Source: Candidatus Poribacteria bacterium (GTDB taxonomy: Bacteria > Poribacteria > WGA-4E > PCPOR2b). Taken from it: a stretch of DNA of 64,000 nt. This document shows positions 9,437-19,755 of this stretch, piece after piece. Position 1 is the stretch's first letter, and each line of letters starts with the position of its first letter. The translations under genes were made by a program, and so were the position numbers. The notes beneath the pieces are model-generated. The model made no database searches. It was not told where the DNA came from and saw nothing but the letters and a program-made list of their open reading frames with translations. Location: assembly GCA_965218095.1 (NCBI GenBank), contig OZ244587.1, positions 960,001 to 1,024,000 on the forward strand, read 5' to 3'.

Positions 9437-10180
9437 ATGGCAATGGCACCACCCGAATTTCAGTTTCTCGGCCTCCCCCATATCACCGCCATAATTCTAA
9501 CGATTATCATCCCCGTTGCACTTGCGGTGCTGGTGAGGAAAGCTGATTCACCAACAATAACACGTACGGTTTGCTACCTTTTAGGTGCGACATTACTCGC
9601 CGGCGAGGTCGGGCATTGGGGCTACCGGCTAGTCAGAGGGGGGTTCAGCTCGTTTGTGGAACAGTACCTGCCCCTCCACGTCTGTGGGCTTACGACATTC
9701 GCCATAGCGTTTGCGCTGTTTCGCCGAAGTCAAATCCTTTATGAAACCGCTTATTTCTGGGGGTTGGTCGGTACCCTCAACGCCATCCTTACCCCTCAAC
9801 TCGAGGTCGGCTTTCCTAAATACCGTTTCTTCCAATATTTTATTGCTCACAGTGGTCCCGTCATTGGTGTTTTGTTTGCCACCTTGGGGCTCAGAATGCG
9901 GCCAACTTTCAAGTCCCTATTCCGTTCATTCCTGATTATCAATGTCTACATGGTGTTCATCGCCGGCTTTAATCTGTTGCTGGGAACCAACTACATGTTT
10001 ATCTGTGAACCCCCTGATACGAACTCCCCGTTCTTTTTCGCGCCGTGGCCCTGGTATATACCAATTTTAGATGTTGTCGCTCTTGTGCTTTTCTTCGTTG
10101 TCTACTTGCCTTTTTTAGTCAGTGATTGGATCAGTTCTTCCCGCGGAAGGGAAGAAAAGGAGGGAATAATTGCGGATTGA
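9437..10180 (+). CDS. TIGR02206/YwaF-like integral membrane protein
   Basis: LPLHVCG, FFQYFIAHS, GTNYMFI..PP, PWPWYI motifs; multiple TM helices. Confidence 0.8.
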   Translation: MAMAPPEFQFLGLPHITAIILTIIIPVALAVLVRKADSPTITRTVCYLLGATLLAGEVGHWGYRLVRGGFSSFVEQYLPLHVCGLTTFAIAFALFRRSQILYETAYFWGLVGTLNAILTPQLEVGFPKYRFFQYFIAHSGPVIGVLFATLGLRMRPTFKSLFRSFLIINVYMVFIAGFNLLLGTNYMFICEPPDTNSPFFFAPWPWYIPILDVVALVLFFVVYLPFLVSDWISSSRGREEKEGIIAD

Positions 10181-10228
10181 CATAAGTTCGTTGAGTTCAC
10201 ATAATCCGACGGATTGGAAGGAATATTG

Positions 10229-11548
10229 ATGATTAAAAACGATAAAAAGACAATCTTTGGTTGGTGCATGTATGACTGGGCGAATTCCGCCTACGCAACC
10301 ACCGTAATGGTAGCGATTTTGCCGATTTACTTCGCCGAAGCAATTGTGGGCAAAGAAGGTGTCCAAATCGGGAACACCGTTGTCAGTGCGGATGCCTTAT
10401 GGGGGTATCTCGTCAGTGCTGCGGCGCTTTTTGTGTTTCTATGTGCACCTATCCTCGGCGCCATATCCGACTTCTCTTCAGCCAAAAAGAAGTTTCTGAT
10501 GTCCTTTGCTTATACGGGCAGTCTGTTTGCAATGCTCCTCTATTTCTGTCAATCCGGAGATGTATGGAAGACCGCCGTTTTCTTCTTTATTTCACACGTT
10601 GGGTTTGTCGGGGCTAACGTCTTCTATGATGCGTTTCTACCCCAGATTGCCTCTGAAGATAGGATAGACTGGGTATCTAGCAAAGGTTTTTCGGTGGGGT
10701 ATATCGGTGGTGGGTTACAATTTGCCATTGCGCTCGGCTTGGTCGCTGGCCACCAAGCCATCGATCTGAGCGAGGCGCATGCTGCCCGGATTGGGATGAC
10801 CATGGCAGGGCTCTGGTGGGCGGGATTTACGCTATTTACGCTAAAAAACCTGGGAGAGGCGGAAGTTGTCGAAGATATGCCGGAAAAGTATAAGTCGAAA
10901 CCAAAGTTGGTTGCTTATACCGCAATTGGACTGACAAGAACATTCGCAACGATGAAAAAGGTCCGCCGCTTCAGGCACCTTTTGCTCTTTTTAATTGCTT
11001 TCATGATCTATAACGACGGCATCCAAACGGTCATCAAGATGGCAGCGATCTATGGAAAAGAAGAGTTAGAACTGTCTACGACGGTTTTACTGGTAACCTT
11101 GCTGATTGTCCAGTTTGTGGCTACCGGTGGCGCCTTGCTATTCGGCAAACTCGCCGGTAAAATCGGCACAAAACGTGCGGTGATGTTATCATTAGCTCTC
11201 TGGAGCGGTGTTGTTACCTATGCCTACTTTCTGCATACTGCCACTGAATATTTCATCATGGGGATTGTTGTCGGAATTGTTCTCGGCGGGTCACAAGCAC
11301 TTAGCCGTTCGCTTTACGGCTCTATGGTTCCGGAGGAAGCCAGCGCAGAGTTTTATGGATTTTATTCCGTGTTTAGCAAGTTTTCTGCGATCTGGGGACC
11401 TTTAGCTTTTGCTTTGATACGACAGATTACGGGCACGGCAAGATTATCTATCGTTTCATTGATGATTTTCTTTATCGTCGGGCTGATTTTACTTGGCTTC
11501 GTGGATGAGGAGAAAGCCAGGGAAGCCAAGCTTTCAGGCGCCTTCTAA
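10229..11548 (+). CDS. MFS transporter (UMF1/YxiO, Atg22-like)
   Basis: WCMYDWANSAY, FYDAFLP, YNDGIQTVI, GGSQALSRS; about 12 TM helices. Confidence 0.9.
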   Translation: MIKNDKKTIFGWCMYDWANSAYATTVMVAILPIYFAEAIVGKEGVQIGNTVVSADALWGYLVSAAALFVFLCAPILGAISDFSSAKKKFLMSFAYTGSLFAMLLYFCQSGDVWKTAVFFFISHVGFVGANVFYDAFLPQIASEDRIDWVSSKGFSVGYIGGGLQFAIALGLVAGHQAIDLSEAHAARIGMTMAGLWWAGFTLFTLKNLGEAEVVEDMPEKYKSKPKLVAYTAIGLTRTFATMKKVRRFRHLLLFLIAFMIYNDGIQTVIKMAAIYGKEELELSTTVLLVTLLIVQFVATGGALLFGKLAGKIGTKRAVMLSLALWSGVVTYAYFLHTATEYFIMGIVVGIVLGGSQALSRSLYGSMVPEEASAEFYGFYSVFSKFSAIWGPLAFALIRQITGTARLSIVSLMIFFIVGLILLGFVDEEKAREAKLSGAF

Positions 11549-11578
11549 ATAGCTCCGTTCTCCTTTTCCGAAAATACT

Positions 11579-12124
11579 TCAGCGCCTATTATCTTCGCTC
11601 GCCTGTATACACTGTCCCCCCAAACTTACTGACACTCATTCGAGCAGCAACTTCACCCCCTCTGTCGAGCACCGTAACGTCTCCACCCAATTGACCAATT
11701 CCTAGTTGGACACCGTTACTTGTGTTTCTATCTTCTATGACAATTGCCCCACGATTACCGCGGCTCCTACCCAGGCTCGCTTACCCCCATGCCCCACTGA
11801 CTGTTACCCAATCCGCCTGAATCAGGGTACTTCCTCTGTTTTTCAGTCCGACCGCTATGCCAGTTTGCCCAATAGCAGCAACAGGCTTCCCATCATTACC
11901 AAGTACACCAGCACATCTCCAGCACCCGACGCATTGAGAACCGCCAGAGTTCTACCCGTTGCATCCACCACTTCCAGGCGGCTACGCTTCACTTCGTCAA
12001 ATTCGGCGGATTCTTTTTCATTTTGCGCTGTTGCATGATCATTGAGCATATTCGGCAACAACTGCCCCATGAATGCCAACAAACCACCTAACGCCATGTA
12101 TGCGAATTTCTGCTTAAATTTCAT
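11579..12124 (-). pseudogene. Frameshifted secreted beta-repeat hypothetical protein
   Basis: Starts MKFKQKFAYMALGGLLAF signal and LEVVDATGRTLAVL. Continues in shifted frames as GVLGNDGKPVAAIG and GAIVIEDRN..GVQLGIGQLGGDVTVLDRGGEVAARMSV to TGA at 11579. Confidence 0.55.
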
Positions 12125-12136
12125 CGTTATTACCTT

Positions 12137-13027
12137 CTAACTATTCATTTTGGATCCCTTCACAATATGGGCTGCCTCGTAGACCTCCGGCCTTGCCTTA
12201 CGGGCGGTGCAGCAGGAGGAAGATCTCGCCTTTGAGAGCACCTCCCTGTTTACTTCCGTGACGATCATTCCTTCGTCTGGTAGGTGTTCATCAATAAGTT
12301 GCCCATTCGGATCGATTGCCAGGGACAGTCCGGGGAACCAGGCATTCCCGCTGTGGCCGGACTGATTCGCATAGAAGATATAAAGGGCATTATCGACCGC
12401 GCGAGCCGGCAGCAACTGCATCGCTAATTCCTTGTGAAACCGGGCTTGCTCCCCTTGATCTCCGTCGGATGTGATCTTCTCGGCGGCCCCACTGGCACCG
12501 ACGGGGATAAGGAAGAAATCGGCATCCTTTTGTGCTGCGACCCGGAAAATCTCAGGAAAGCGTAAGTCATAGCAAATCCCTACCCCAAACGTCCACCCCT
12601 GCGAAGTGACCACTGGAAATTCATTGCCGGGTGCAAACCATTGGCGTTCATTGGAGTTGGGCAGGTGAAGTTTTGAAAATGTTGTCAGGTAACCTTCCGG
12701 CCCGACGATCAGTGCGCTGTTGCGAAGACGGCCGTCGGCAGGCTCGATAGCGCCAACCACAAGGGTCATTCGTAGTTTGCGGCATAGAGATTCCAGAAAT
12801 AACACAGATTTCTCATATGCATCCACCGCAACTTTGCGTGCCTCTTCAAATGTTAGGTCCGATTTGTTCATCGAGCCGGTGATGCACTCTTCCGGGAAAA
12901 ATCCGAAACTCGCCCCTTTGGCGTACGCTTTGTATGACCATTCCTCCACGCGCGCCAGGTTCGCTGCCGGATTGCCCATTACGCTGTGCATCGCGACCGA
13001 TGCAACCCGGGTCGTATCGCTTCCCAT
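12137..13027 (-). CDS. Carbon-nitrogen hydrolase (nitrilase superfamily)
   Basis: FFPEEC, FSKLHL, GICYDLRFPE (E-K-C triad); GGAGG RBS. Confidence 0.92.
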   Translation of the reverse strand: MGSDTTRVASVAMHSVMGNPAANLARVEEWSYKAYAKGASFGFFPEECITGSMNKSDLTFEEARKVAVDAYEKSVLFLESLCRKLRMTLVVGAIEPADGRLRNSALIVGPEGYLTTFSKLHLPNSNERQWFAPGNEFPVVTSQGWTFGVGICYDLRFPEIFRVAAQKDADFFLIPVGASGAAEKITSDGDQGEQARFHKELAMQLLPARAVDNALYIFYANQSGHSGNAWFPGLSLAIDPNGQLIDEHLPDEGMIVTEVNREVLSKARSSSCCTARKARPEVYEAAHIVKGSKMNS

Positions 13028-13227
13028 CGTATTTTCCTCCTTCACAATCATCGCCTAACCAACGGATAAAACGACAGGTTCCTTTCTTTGTTCTTCGTAT
13101 CCTGGCGCTTTATAAGGACAGGACTATAGCAAAAACGTAAAAATTCCGCACCAGAAAAACGCATTCCTCCACCAGATACGTTTTGACAAACTATTGTGAG
13201 GACAATGCCTCTCCACCGCTTTTCTCG

Positions 13228-14619
13228 TCACTCGTTCTTTGCCCGCGCGGCGGCTTCTTTGCCGGCAATCCGACCATAAGCCAATCCGAGCCCCAGTCCG
13301 CCGGTATATCCACGGGTGTAGATGCCCCCGACATCAGCGCCCGCCGCATATAGCCCCTCAATCGGCGCACCGGTCGAATCGACGATCTCCGCTCTTGCAT
13401 TTACCTTCGCACCGCCGTAGGTAAACGTTGCGCCGGGCAACATGCGGATAGCGTAAAAGGGGGGCGTCGCGATTGGGTACAGTCCGCCTGACTTTGGCAC
13501 CACAAGTGACGATGTGTCCCCGGAAACACAAGCTGTATTGTATGCTTCCAGCGTCTCGAGCACCCGGTCATGGCGGACATTCCATCGCGACGCCATGGTA
13601 TCCGCCAGCGTCTCAAGCGTCATCGTTTCCAGCACCTCACCCCCGGCCTGACGAATGTGTTCGATTCGGCCGAGTTGCCGACCGGCACCGGGCCATGGAG
13701 TCGCATCTTTCCGGCGAATTGTCTCGTCGAAAATCAGAACCACGATTGCCTCCGGCTGGTGAATCGCCGCCTGCACAGTAACCTCATCCCCCAAAAACTC
13801 GTCGTCGAATCGCTCGCCGTTGAGATTGACGAAGATCGCGTACTCGCTGAAGTCTGGCTTGACGTGCACGAAATTGTGCAGGCCTGTCTCCGCCGGGGGC
13901 GCCGGGACCATGTGGCCGTAGAAACGACTGAATGGCCCGGCGGCAGCGGCGCCGACACCCAAGGCCGCTGTGAGTCCATCGCCGGTGCTGTACGGATTGC
14001 TGCGCACAATAACACGGTCGGCCCAGCGCCCGAAATAACGCGCACGCAGCTCAAGGCTGGCTTGAAATCCACCGGTAGCGAGGACTACGGCAGAAGCAGA
14101 GATTTCCAGAAACCCAGCCGGCCCCAGTGCAAACACGCCATTCACCTGCCCACGGGCATTCTGTCGCAGTTCGCTTAGGCGTGTGCGGGTAAGAATTGTA
14201 CCGCCTCCTTCGGTGATTCGCGCGGCCAGATGGTCCATCGCAGTGCGCGAATCCGGTGTGAGTTGGTAAACACGACGGGCGAACTTAAACGGCGGAAGGT
14301 TCGTCTTCTCCTCAGGCACCACGCCCTGGCGACCCAGCCAGTCAATACCTTCAAAAAAATTCTCAATTAGCGCCTGCCCCAGCGTCCGGTCGCCGCCGGG
14401 TTGCACACTGAGCCACGCATCCAGATTTTCGGCGCACCAGACACCCCCGCCAGAAGCCGCGGCTGAACCCCCAATTTCGGGAGCCTTCTCAAGGACGATC
14501 ACGCGGGCACCGGCTTCCTGCGCACTCAACGCGGCAGTGACTCCACCCATCCCTGATCCAGCGACAACAACATCTGCTGTTGTTCCTTTAACCTCATTCA
14601 ATTGCCCAGATCCAATCAC
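13228..14619 (-). CDS. FAD-dependent oxidoreductase (FAD_binding_2; SdhA/TcuA/KstD-like flavoprotein)
   Basis: DVVVAGSGMGG, GGSAAASGGG, VVLATGGF, TFTYGG, PIEGLYAAG. Confidence 0.85.
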   Translation of the reverse strand: MIGSGQLNEVKGTTADVVVAGSGMGGVTAALSAQEAGARVIVLEKAPEIGGSAAASGGGVWCAENLDAWLSVQPGGDRTLGQALIENFFEGIDWLGRQGVVPEEKTNLPPFKFARRVYQLTPDSRTAMDHLAARITEGGGTILTRTRLSELRQNARGQVNGVFALGPAGFLEISASAVVLATGGFQASLELRARYFGRWADRVIVRSNPYSTGDGLTAALGVGAAAAGPFSRFYGHMVPAPPAETGLHNFVHVKPDFSEYAIFVNLNGERFDDEFLGDEVTVQAAIHQPEAIVVLIFDETIRRKDATPWPGAGRQLGRIEHIRQAGGEVLETMTLETLADTMASRWNVRHDRVLETLEAYNTACVSGDTSSLVVPKSGGLYPIATPPFYAIRMLPGATFTYGGAKVNARAEIVDSTGAPIEGLYAAGADVGGIYTRGYTGGLGLGLAYGRIAGKEAAARAKNE

Positions 14620-14697
14620 TGTATCTTCCCTTTTCGTTTATGCAGAGGAACCAGATAAAACCCTTCACAACCACAAAAAACAGATACGCCCATGAGC

Positions 14698-16761
14698 TTA
14701 TAAGCCTATCAGTAGACTGCCCCCTTCATCCACATGAACGCGGACCCAGGGTTCGAGCCAGATGGTTGTATCCGGCTGCTCGATAACAGCAGGACCGGAG
14801 AAATCGACTCCCCAGGGGAGAAGCAAGCGATCGTAGATAGGACATTCAGCAAACCGATCTTCCACATAGACCGGTCTGGCACCTTTTTGGGCATTTTGCA
14901 AAGTAGTCTCCGGTCTGAGCAGGAAATCTCTCAGCGCCAAGTTCGGACGAACGCCAACCACGGACGTGCGGAGGTTCAGGAGGTGAATGGGGATACCCTC
15001 CAGAAGCGTTTCCAATCCGCCCAACGCCTCCTCGACTTGCCCGTATTGTCGGAGGTAGGCACGACGAAAGCTCTCCGCAATCAGATTGGGCGACACGGCG
15101 CCAGAGGGCAGCGGCGTGCGTATGACGTGCGTCTGCCCTTCATACGAAATCTCCGCTTCCCGCAGAATGCTGACCTGAGTGAGAGGAATCTGTGTTCGCC
15201 CAATCAACGCTTCTCCCTGTGCCAGATGTTCGGCAAAGCGTTCTTCTGCTTCGGTCGGGTCCAATTCAGAGAGGCGACGGTTGACCATTGTCACGAAGTC
15301 GTGCTGGAGGTCGGCAATGACACAGCCCCAAGCAGAGGCGATGCCAGGATAGTACGGGACCATCGCCTGGGGGACACCAAGCTCCCGAAGGAGGAAACTG
15401 ACCATCAATGGCCCACCGCCTCCAAAGGAGAAAAGGACAAAATCCCGCGGGTCGTGTCCGCGGTCAATAGAGATCCGCCGAATACTTCCGGCGATGTGGT
15501 TGTTGGCGACAGCGATGATTGCCAGCGCTGCTTCTTCCGTAGAAAGGCCAAGCGGTTTCCCAATTTTCTCCGTGATAACCGACCGAGCGCCATCGACATC
15601 GAACGAGAACCCTTTCGCCCTGGCGATGGGGTAATTCGGGTTGATTCGTCCCAAAATCAGGTTCGCATCGGTGACCGTTGGTTCGGTCCCACCCATTTTA
15701 TAGCAGACCGGGCCCGGTTCGGCGCCGGCGCTCTCCGGACCCACCTGGAGGATGCCCCCCTCATCAATGCAAGCGATACTGCCACCTCCTGCCCCGATGG
15801 TGTGAATATCGATCATCGAGACCATGATTGGAATGCCAAACTCCAGTTCTGTTCCGTTTGAAACCACCGGTTTCCCCTCCGTTACCAGCGACACATCCAG
15901 GCTTGTGCCCCCCATGTCGTAGCCAATCAGATTCTGAAAACCGCTCTCTGCGGCAATCTTGGTGGCAGCGATGACCCCAGCTGCTGGGCCCGATAGGATG
16001 GTATTCACTGAAAAGTCTCGGGCGGCGTCCACGGACATCATCCCGCCGTTGGACTGCATGATGAGGAGATCTCCGCTGTAACCACGTTCACCCAAGCGTT
16101 GTTGGAGCCTTGCTAGGTAGCGGCTGACTATTGGCTGAACATAGGCATTCACCACAGCAGTGCTCGTGCGTTCAAACTCGCGGAAAAGCGGGAGGATGTC
16201 CGCCGAGGCGACAATATAAAGGTGGGGCAGGCCTGATTCGAGGAGGGTTTTTGCCCTTTGCTCATTTGTGGGATTGATGTAGGCGTTCAGGAAGCTGATG
16301 ACAATTGCTTCAACGCCATCCGCAACAAGTGCTTCGGCAGCCGCAATGACTTCTGCTTCTGCCAGGGGAACGAGGATCTCTCCTTCTGCGGAGATCCGTT
16401 CGGAAACCTCTTTGCGCTGGTCCCGTGGAATCAAGGGTTCATAAGATCCACTCAGCCCATAGAGGTGAGGCCGATCCCGACGCCTGAGCTCCAGGATATC
16501 CCGAAAGCCACGCGTTGCAATCAGACCACAACGCACACCCTTTCGCTCCAGGAGGGCGTTGGTTGCCACGGTGGTGCCGTGAATCACCAGTTCGATATCC
16601 GCGTAGGAGACCTCAAGTGTGCCGAGGCCCACAATCAGACCGACCGATGGATCATCAGGTGTGCTAGAAACTTTCCCAATCTGTAGTTCTCGAAGGTTTT
16701 CATCCAGAACAACAATATCGGTGAATGTGCCACCAATATCCACACCAACGAGCTTTCCCAT
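14698..16761 (-). CDS. Hydantoinase/oxoprolinase subunit A family protein
   Basis: GVDIGGTFTD, HGTTVATNALLE, EFERTSTAVVNAY, SGPAAG, DMGGTS, IGAGGGS. Confidence 0.92.
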   Translation of the reverse strand: MGKLVGVDIGGTFTDIVVLDENLRELQIGKVSSTPDDPSVGLIVGLGTLEVSYADIELVIHGTTVATNALLERKGVRCGLIATRGFRDILELRRRDRPHLYGLSGSYEPLIPRDQRKEVSERISAEGEILVPLAEAEVIAAAEALVADGVEAIVISFLNAYINPTNEQRAKTLLESGLPHLYIVASADILPLFREFERTSTAVVNAYVQPIVSRYLARLQQRLGERGYSGDLLIMQSNGGMMSVDAARDFSVNTILSGPAAGVIAATKIAAESGFQNLIGYDMGGTSLDVSLVTEGKPVVSNGTELEFGIPIMVSMIDIHTIGAGGGSIACIDEGGILQVGPESAGAEPGPVCYKMGGTEPTVTDANLILGRINPNYPIARAKGFSFDVDGARSVITEKIGKPLGLSTEEAALAIIAVANNHIAGSIRRISIDRGHDPRDFVLFSFGGGGPLMVSFLLRELGVPQAMVPYYPGIASAWGCVIADLQHDFVTMVNRRLSELDPTEAEERFAEHLAQGEALIGRTQIPLTQVSILREAEISYEGQTHVIRTPLPSGAVSPNLIAESFRRAYLRQYGQVEEALGGLETLLEGIPIHLLNLRTSVVGVRPNLALRDFLLRPETTLQNAQKGARPVYVEDRFAECPIYDRLLLPWGVDFSGPAVIEQPDTTIWLEPWVRVHVDEGGSLLIGL

Positions 16762-17047
16762 AAAATCGCCGCACGCCCCGATGAGGGATGCGGTCCTCCT
16801 TTCTTCCCACTGTGCCTGTTTCAGGCTGATCTTTTCATGTTTCCTTTGTGGTTTGGATACCGTATTAATGGTCAAGAGTATATGGCGGTAATCTCATTGA
16901 TTGCATCAGCCAAGCCCAGTTGACGAGTTCTTTCAGTAATAAGCCGGGAGTTGGCACCCTTGATGGAACGGTTATTTTACATAATACCCACTCCTATGCC
17001 TCAATGCAACATAAATTTACTTTGACTTTGTAAATAGCCACCAGTAG

Positions 17048-17167
17048 TACACTGTAAATTATGTTTTAACAGTAGGTCGAGATTCCAATCTTGACGCGAT
17101 TTCAGAGAGTCAATTTTGGGAAATTGACCTACAGTGAAATAACTATCATAATTTATTTTACAGTGTA
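17048..17167. repeat. REPIN-like nested inverted repeat
   Basis: Outer tacactgtaaa/tttacagtgta; inner gtaggtcgagattccaatcttgac / gtcaattttgggaaattgacctac. Confidence 0.6.
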
Positions 17168-17312
17168 GTAGATCTGCCGATTCTCCTTTTTAATTTAGCC
17201 AAAGTCAGATTATGTTGTGTTTTTCAAAAATCCGCCAAATAAAAAGACAAAAAAATGCCCCAACCGACTCGAATCGATTAAGGAGGGAATTTTCAGGATT
17301 AAACTTTACGTT

Positions 17313-18362
17313 TCACGTAACCGCTTCCACCAACTCTCGCTCGCTGTAAAGCAGCGCACGGGCGAAAGTGTCTTCGCCGCGATAATCCGGATCGTTCCAC
17401 TGTCGTGGTGCACTGTAGTATGCCGTCACGAACTGGTCGTCCAACTTCACGGTGGATGGGTAGCCCAGGTCATTCTCGCCAAGGTCGTCGCAGATAATCA
17501 GCCGCCGCGTATCCCAGGTCTGCCCGTTATCTCTGCTGACCAGGGCTTGCACACCAAATGGTTCGTGTCGCACGCCGAAGAACATCACAACCCAGCCATT
17601 GGAAAGCAGCGTCAGATCGGCGGGATGCTCGCGGGCGTTGGTCACTGGCGCCGGCTCATCCCACGTCCAGCCGCCATCGAAGGAACGACATACCGCCAGT
17701 AGGGCACGTTGATCGCCCGAGCGCGTTGCTGCGAGGAGATCGCCATTTGGCAGCGGAAGCAGCGCCGTTTCGTTGTAACCGGCGGCAATCAAAGAGGGCT
17801 CACCCCACGTCCGCCCGTTGTCGTGCGAACGTAAAATATAAGCGTGATTGCCTGTCCCCCCAGTTTCTTCAATGTTACCCCCGTAAATCGGCAGGAGCAT
17901 TGCGCCGTCAGGCAGATTAACGATGTGACCGTAGGCGGAGTGCTTTTCCATTGGGGCGTAGTTGAGCGGTTGGGGTTCTTCCCACGTCACACCGCCGTCG
18001 TGTGACCATGTGACGCACATCTGCACGCGGCGTAGTTGCCGCGCCCAACTACCGTCTTCATCGTAAGATCCTTGGGCGTGGTAGGCAAGAACAACCGTTC
18101 CATCAGGCGCTTGACCGACAGCCGGATTGCGGTCGTCCACTTCGCTGTTTACAATGACAGTCGGCATACCCCATGTCACCCCACCGTCCGACGAGCGTAT
18201 CGCGTCCAGCCGTCCCGTGACGCCCACATGTCCCGCACCCGCACGCAGGACAGCAAGAATCTCTTCGCCGTGTGGATTGATAAGAACGGGGAAGTAGCCT
18301 TCATCGCGGCAGAGGTAAACTTCAGAAGCAGAGGAAAGTTGACGCAGATCAAGGGAATTCAT
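17313..18362 (-). CDS. BNR/Asp-box repeat sialidase-like protein (no signal peptide)
   Basis: Five Asp boxes: SSDGGVTW, SHDGGVTW, SHDNGRTW, SFDGGWTW, SRDNGQTW; DLGYPS. Confidence 0.85.
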   Translation of the reverse strand: MNSLDLRQLSSASEVYLCRDEGYFPVLINPHGEEILAVLRAGAGHVGVTGRLDAIRSSDGGVTWGMPTVIVNSEVDDRNPAVGQAPDGTVVLAYHAQGSYDEDGSWARQLRRVQMCVTWSHDGGVTWEEPQPLNYAPMEKHSAYGHIVNLPDGAMLLPIYGGNIEETGGTGNHAYILRSHDNGRTWGEPSLIAAGYNETALLPLPNGDLLAATRSGDQRALLAVCRSFDGGWTWDEPAPVTNAREHPADLTLLSNGWVVMFFGVRHEPFGVQALVSRDNGQTWDTRRLIICDDLGENDLGYPSTVKLDDQFVTAYYSAPRQWNDPDYRGEDTFARALLYSERELVEAVT

Positions 18363-18486
18363 CAGTTAATCTCTCCTTATCTTATGGTGTATGGAATCGT
18401 CATATCGTTTACTTGAGTAAATCTGCCCACTCAACTACACGCCGCAGTTACTCCTTTCAGCAAATGTACTGTTATACCAGGCTGAA

Positions 18487-19725
18487 TCAGATGAGCCCCA
18501 GCACTTCATCAATTTCCGCCTGATACTCATAAACTTGGCAGGACTCCACCTCGCTCATCTTCACTGCCCGACCAACCCGGGCGGACTCAAATATGGCGTA
18601 AATCGCTGCCACATCTTTCAAGCCTTCGAGCCCATCTACCTCTACCTCCCGTCCATTGAGGATGGCTTCAGCCAGTTCGTAATATTCAAGGGCGATGATC
18701 TTCCAATCCACCTTGCTGTCCTTGTCGGTGATCCGGCCAGGAAAGAGATGTTCCGCCAGCGGTTCCAAGGCAAACCCATCTATGGATGCCAGAATTTCCT
18801 CCTGGCTCATCTCGTCCTCTGTCCTGCGCTTCATACTGACCCTGCTCCCACGTGCCCCAAAGCCGTTGATGCACCCTTGATCAGCCAAAATAAGTTGACC
18901 ACCATAGCTGCCGGAGCCGCCCCTGCTGACTAACCAGTTCACGGTCACACCGCTTTCCATCTTGAATATCGCCATCGAGGTGTCCTCTGCTGTCGCCGGA
19001 ACTTCAACGTCCATCGCCTGATGCCGGTTCTGGTAGAAGGTGTAGGTGTCACCGATGCTGTCCGACTTTCTTCTCACCGGCTCGACCAGCCACACATCGC
19101 CGTAGACCTCCGCTATATCTCCAAGTTGATAACGGATCTGATCCACAATATGAACGCCCATGTCGATAATCGGACCACCCTTATCCTTGAGATGGCGCCA
19201 GGGGGTAATGAAAATGGTATTGCCCCCACTCAGCGAGTGGAAAAGCCCCATATAGGGCGTGCCTATTGCGCCCGTTTTCAACAGATGGTTGACCAGGCGG
19301 GCGGAGGGGTCGCGCCGATAGTTCTCCGCCACCGACAGCACCCGGTCGTTCCGTTCGGCGGCATCAATCATCTTCTGACACGCCCCGACGGTGATCGCCA
19401 TCGGCTTCTCAACCATCACATGCAGCCCCAGATCCAGGGCTTGACACACAACGGTGTGGTGGACCGATGGGTCTGTCACCACGTCTACAGCAGTGAGATC
19501 GGGCGTCTGACGCGCCATTTCCTCCAAATCGGTGAAGATCGCTGGTCGGATGCCCAGCAGCTTTTCTGCTTCCAGGGCGGCGAGCTCGGCATTTTCGCGC
19601 TTAATGTCGCACAGGGCGCACAACTCAACGTTGTTGAACGGCGCCTGCGTAAGCTCTCGCAAACCGTAGAGGTGCCGCGTCCCCATACCGCCGCAGCCTA
19701 CCAATCCAAGTCTAATTTTGTCCAT
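18487..19725 (-). CDS. Gfo/Idh/MocA family oxidoreductase
   Basis: LGLVGCGGMG, VEKPMA, AENYRR, DMGVH. Confidence 0.9.
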   Translation of the reverse strand: MDKIRLGLVGCGGMGTRHLYGLRELTQAPFNNVELCALCDIKRENAELAALEAEKLLGIRPAIFTDLEEMARQTPDLTAVDVVTDPSVHHTVVCQALDLGLHVMVEKPMAITVGACQKMIDAAERNDRVLSVAENYRRDPSARLVNHLLKTGAIGTPYMGLFHSLSGGNTIFITPWRHLKDKGGPIIDMGVHIVDQIRYQLGDIAEVYGDVWLVEPVRRKSDSIGDTYTFYQNRHQAMDVEVPATAEDTSMAIFKMESGVTVNWLVSRGGSGSYGGQLILADQGCINGFGARGSRVSMKRRTEDEMSQEEILASIDGFALEPLAEHLFPGRITDKDSKVDWKIIALEYYELAEAILNGREVEVDGLEGLKDVAAIYAIFESARVGRAVKMSEVESCQVYEYQAEIDEVLGLI

Positions 19726-19755
19726 GCTATCTCCTTGTATCTTGATTCGCCTACA

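Noticed and set aside
14734-15861. Long + strand ORF (375 aa), and similar ones at 19021-20031, 32921-33934, 47819-48715 and 58151-58945
   Set aside because: Antisense shadows of well-supported genes, with no recognisable motifs.
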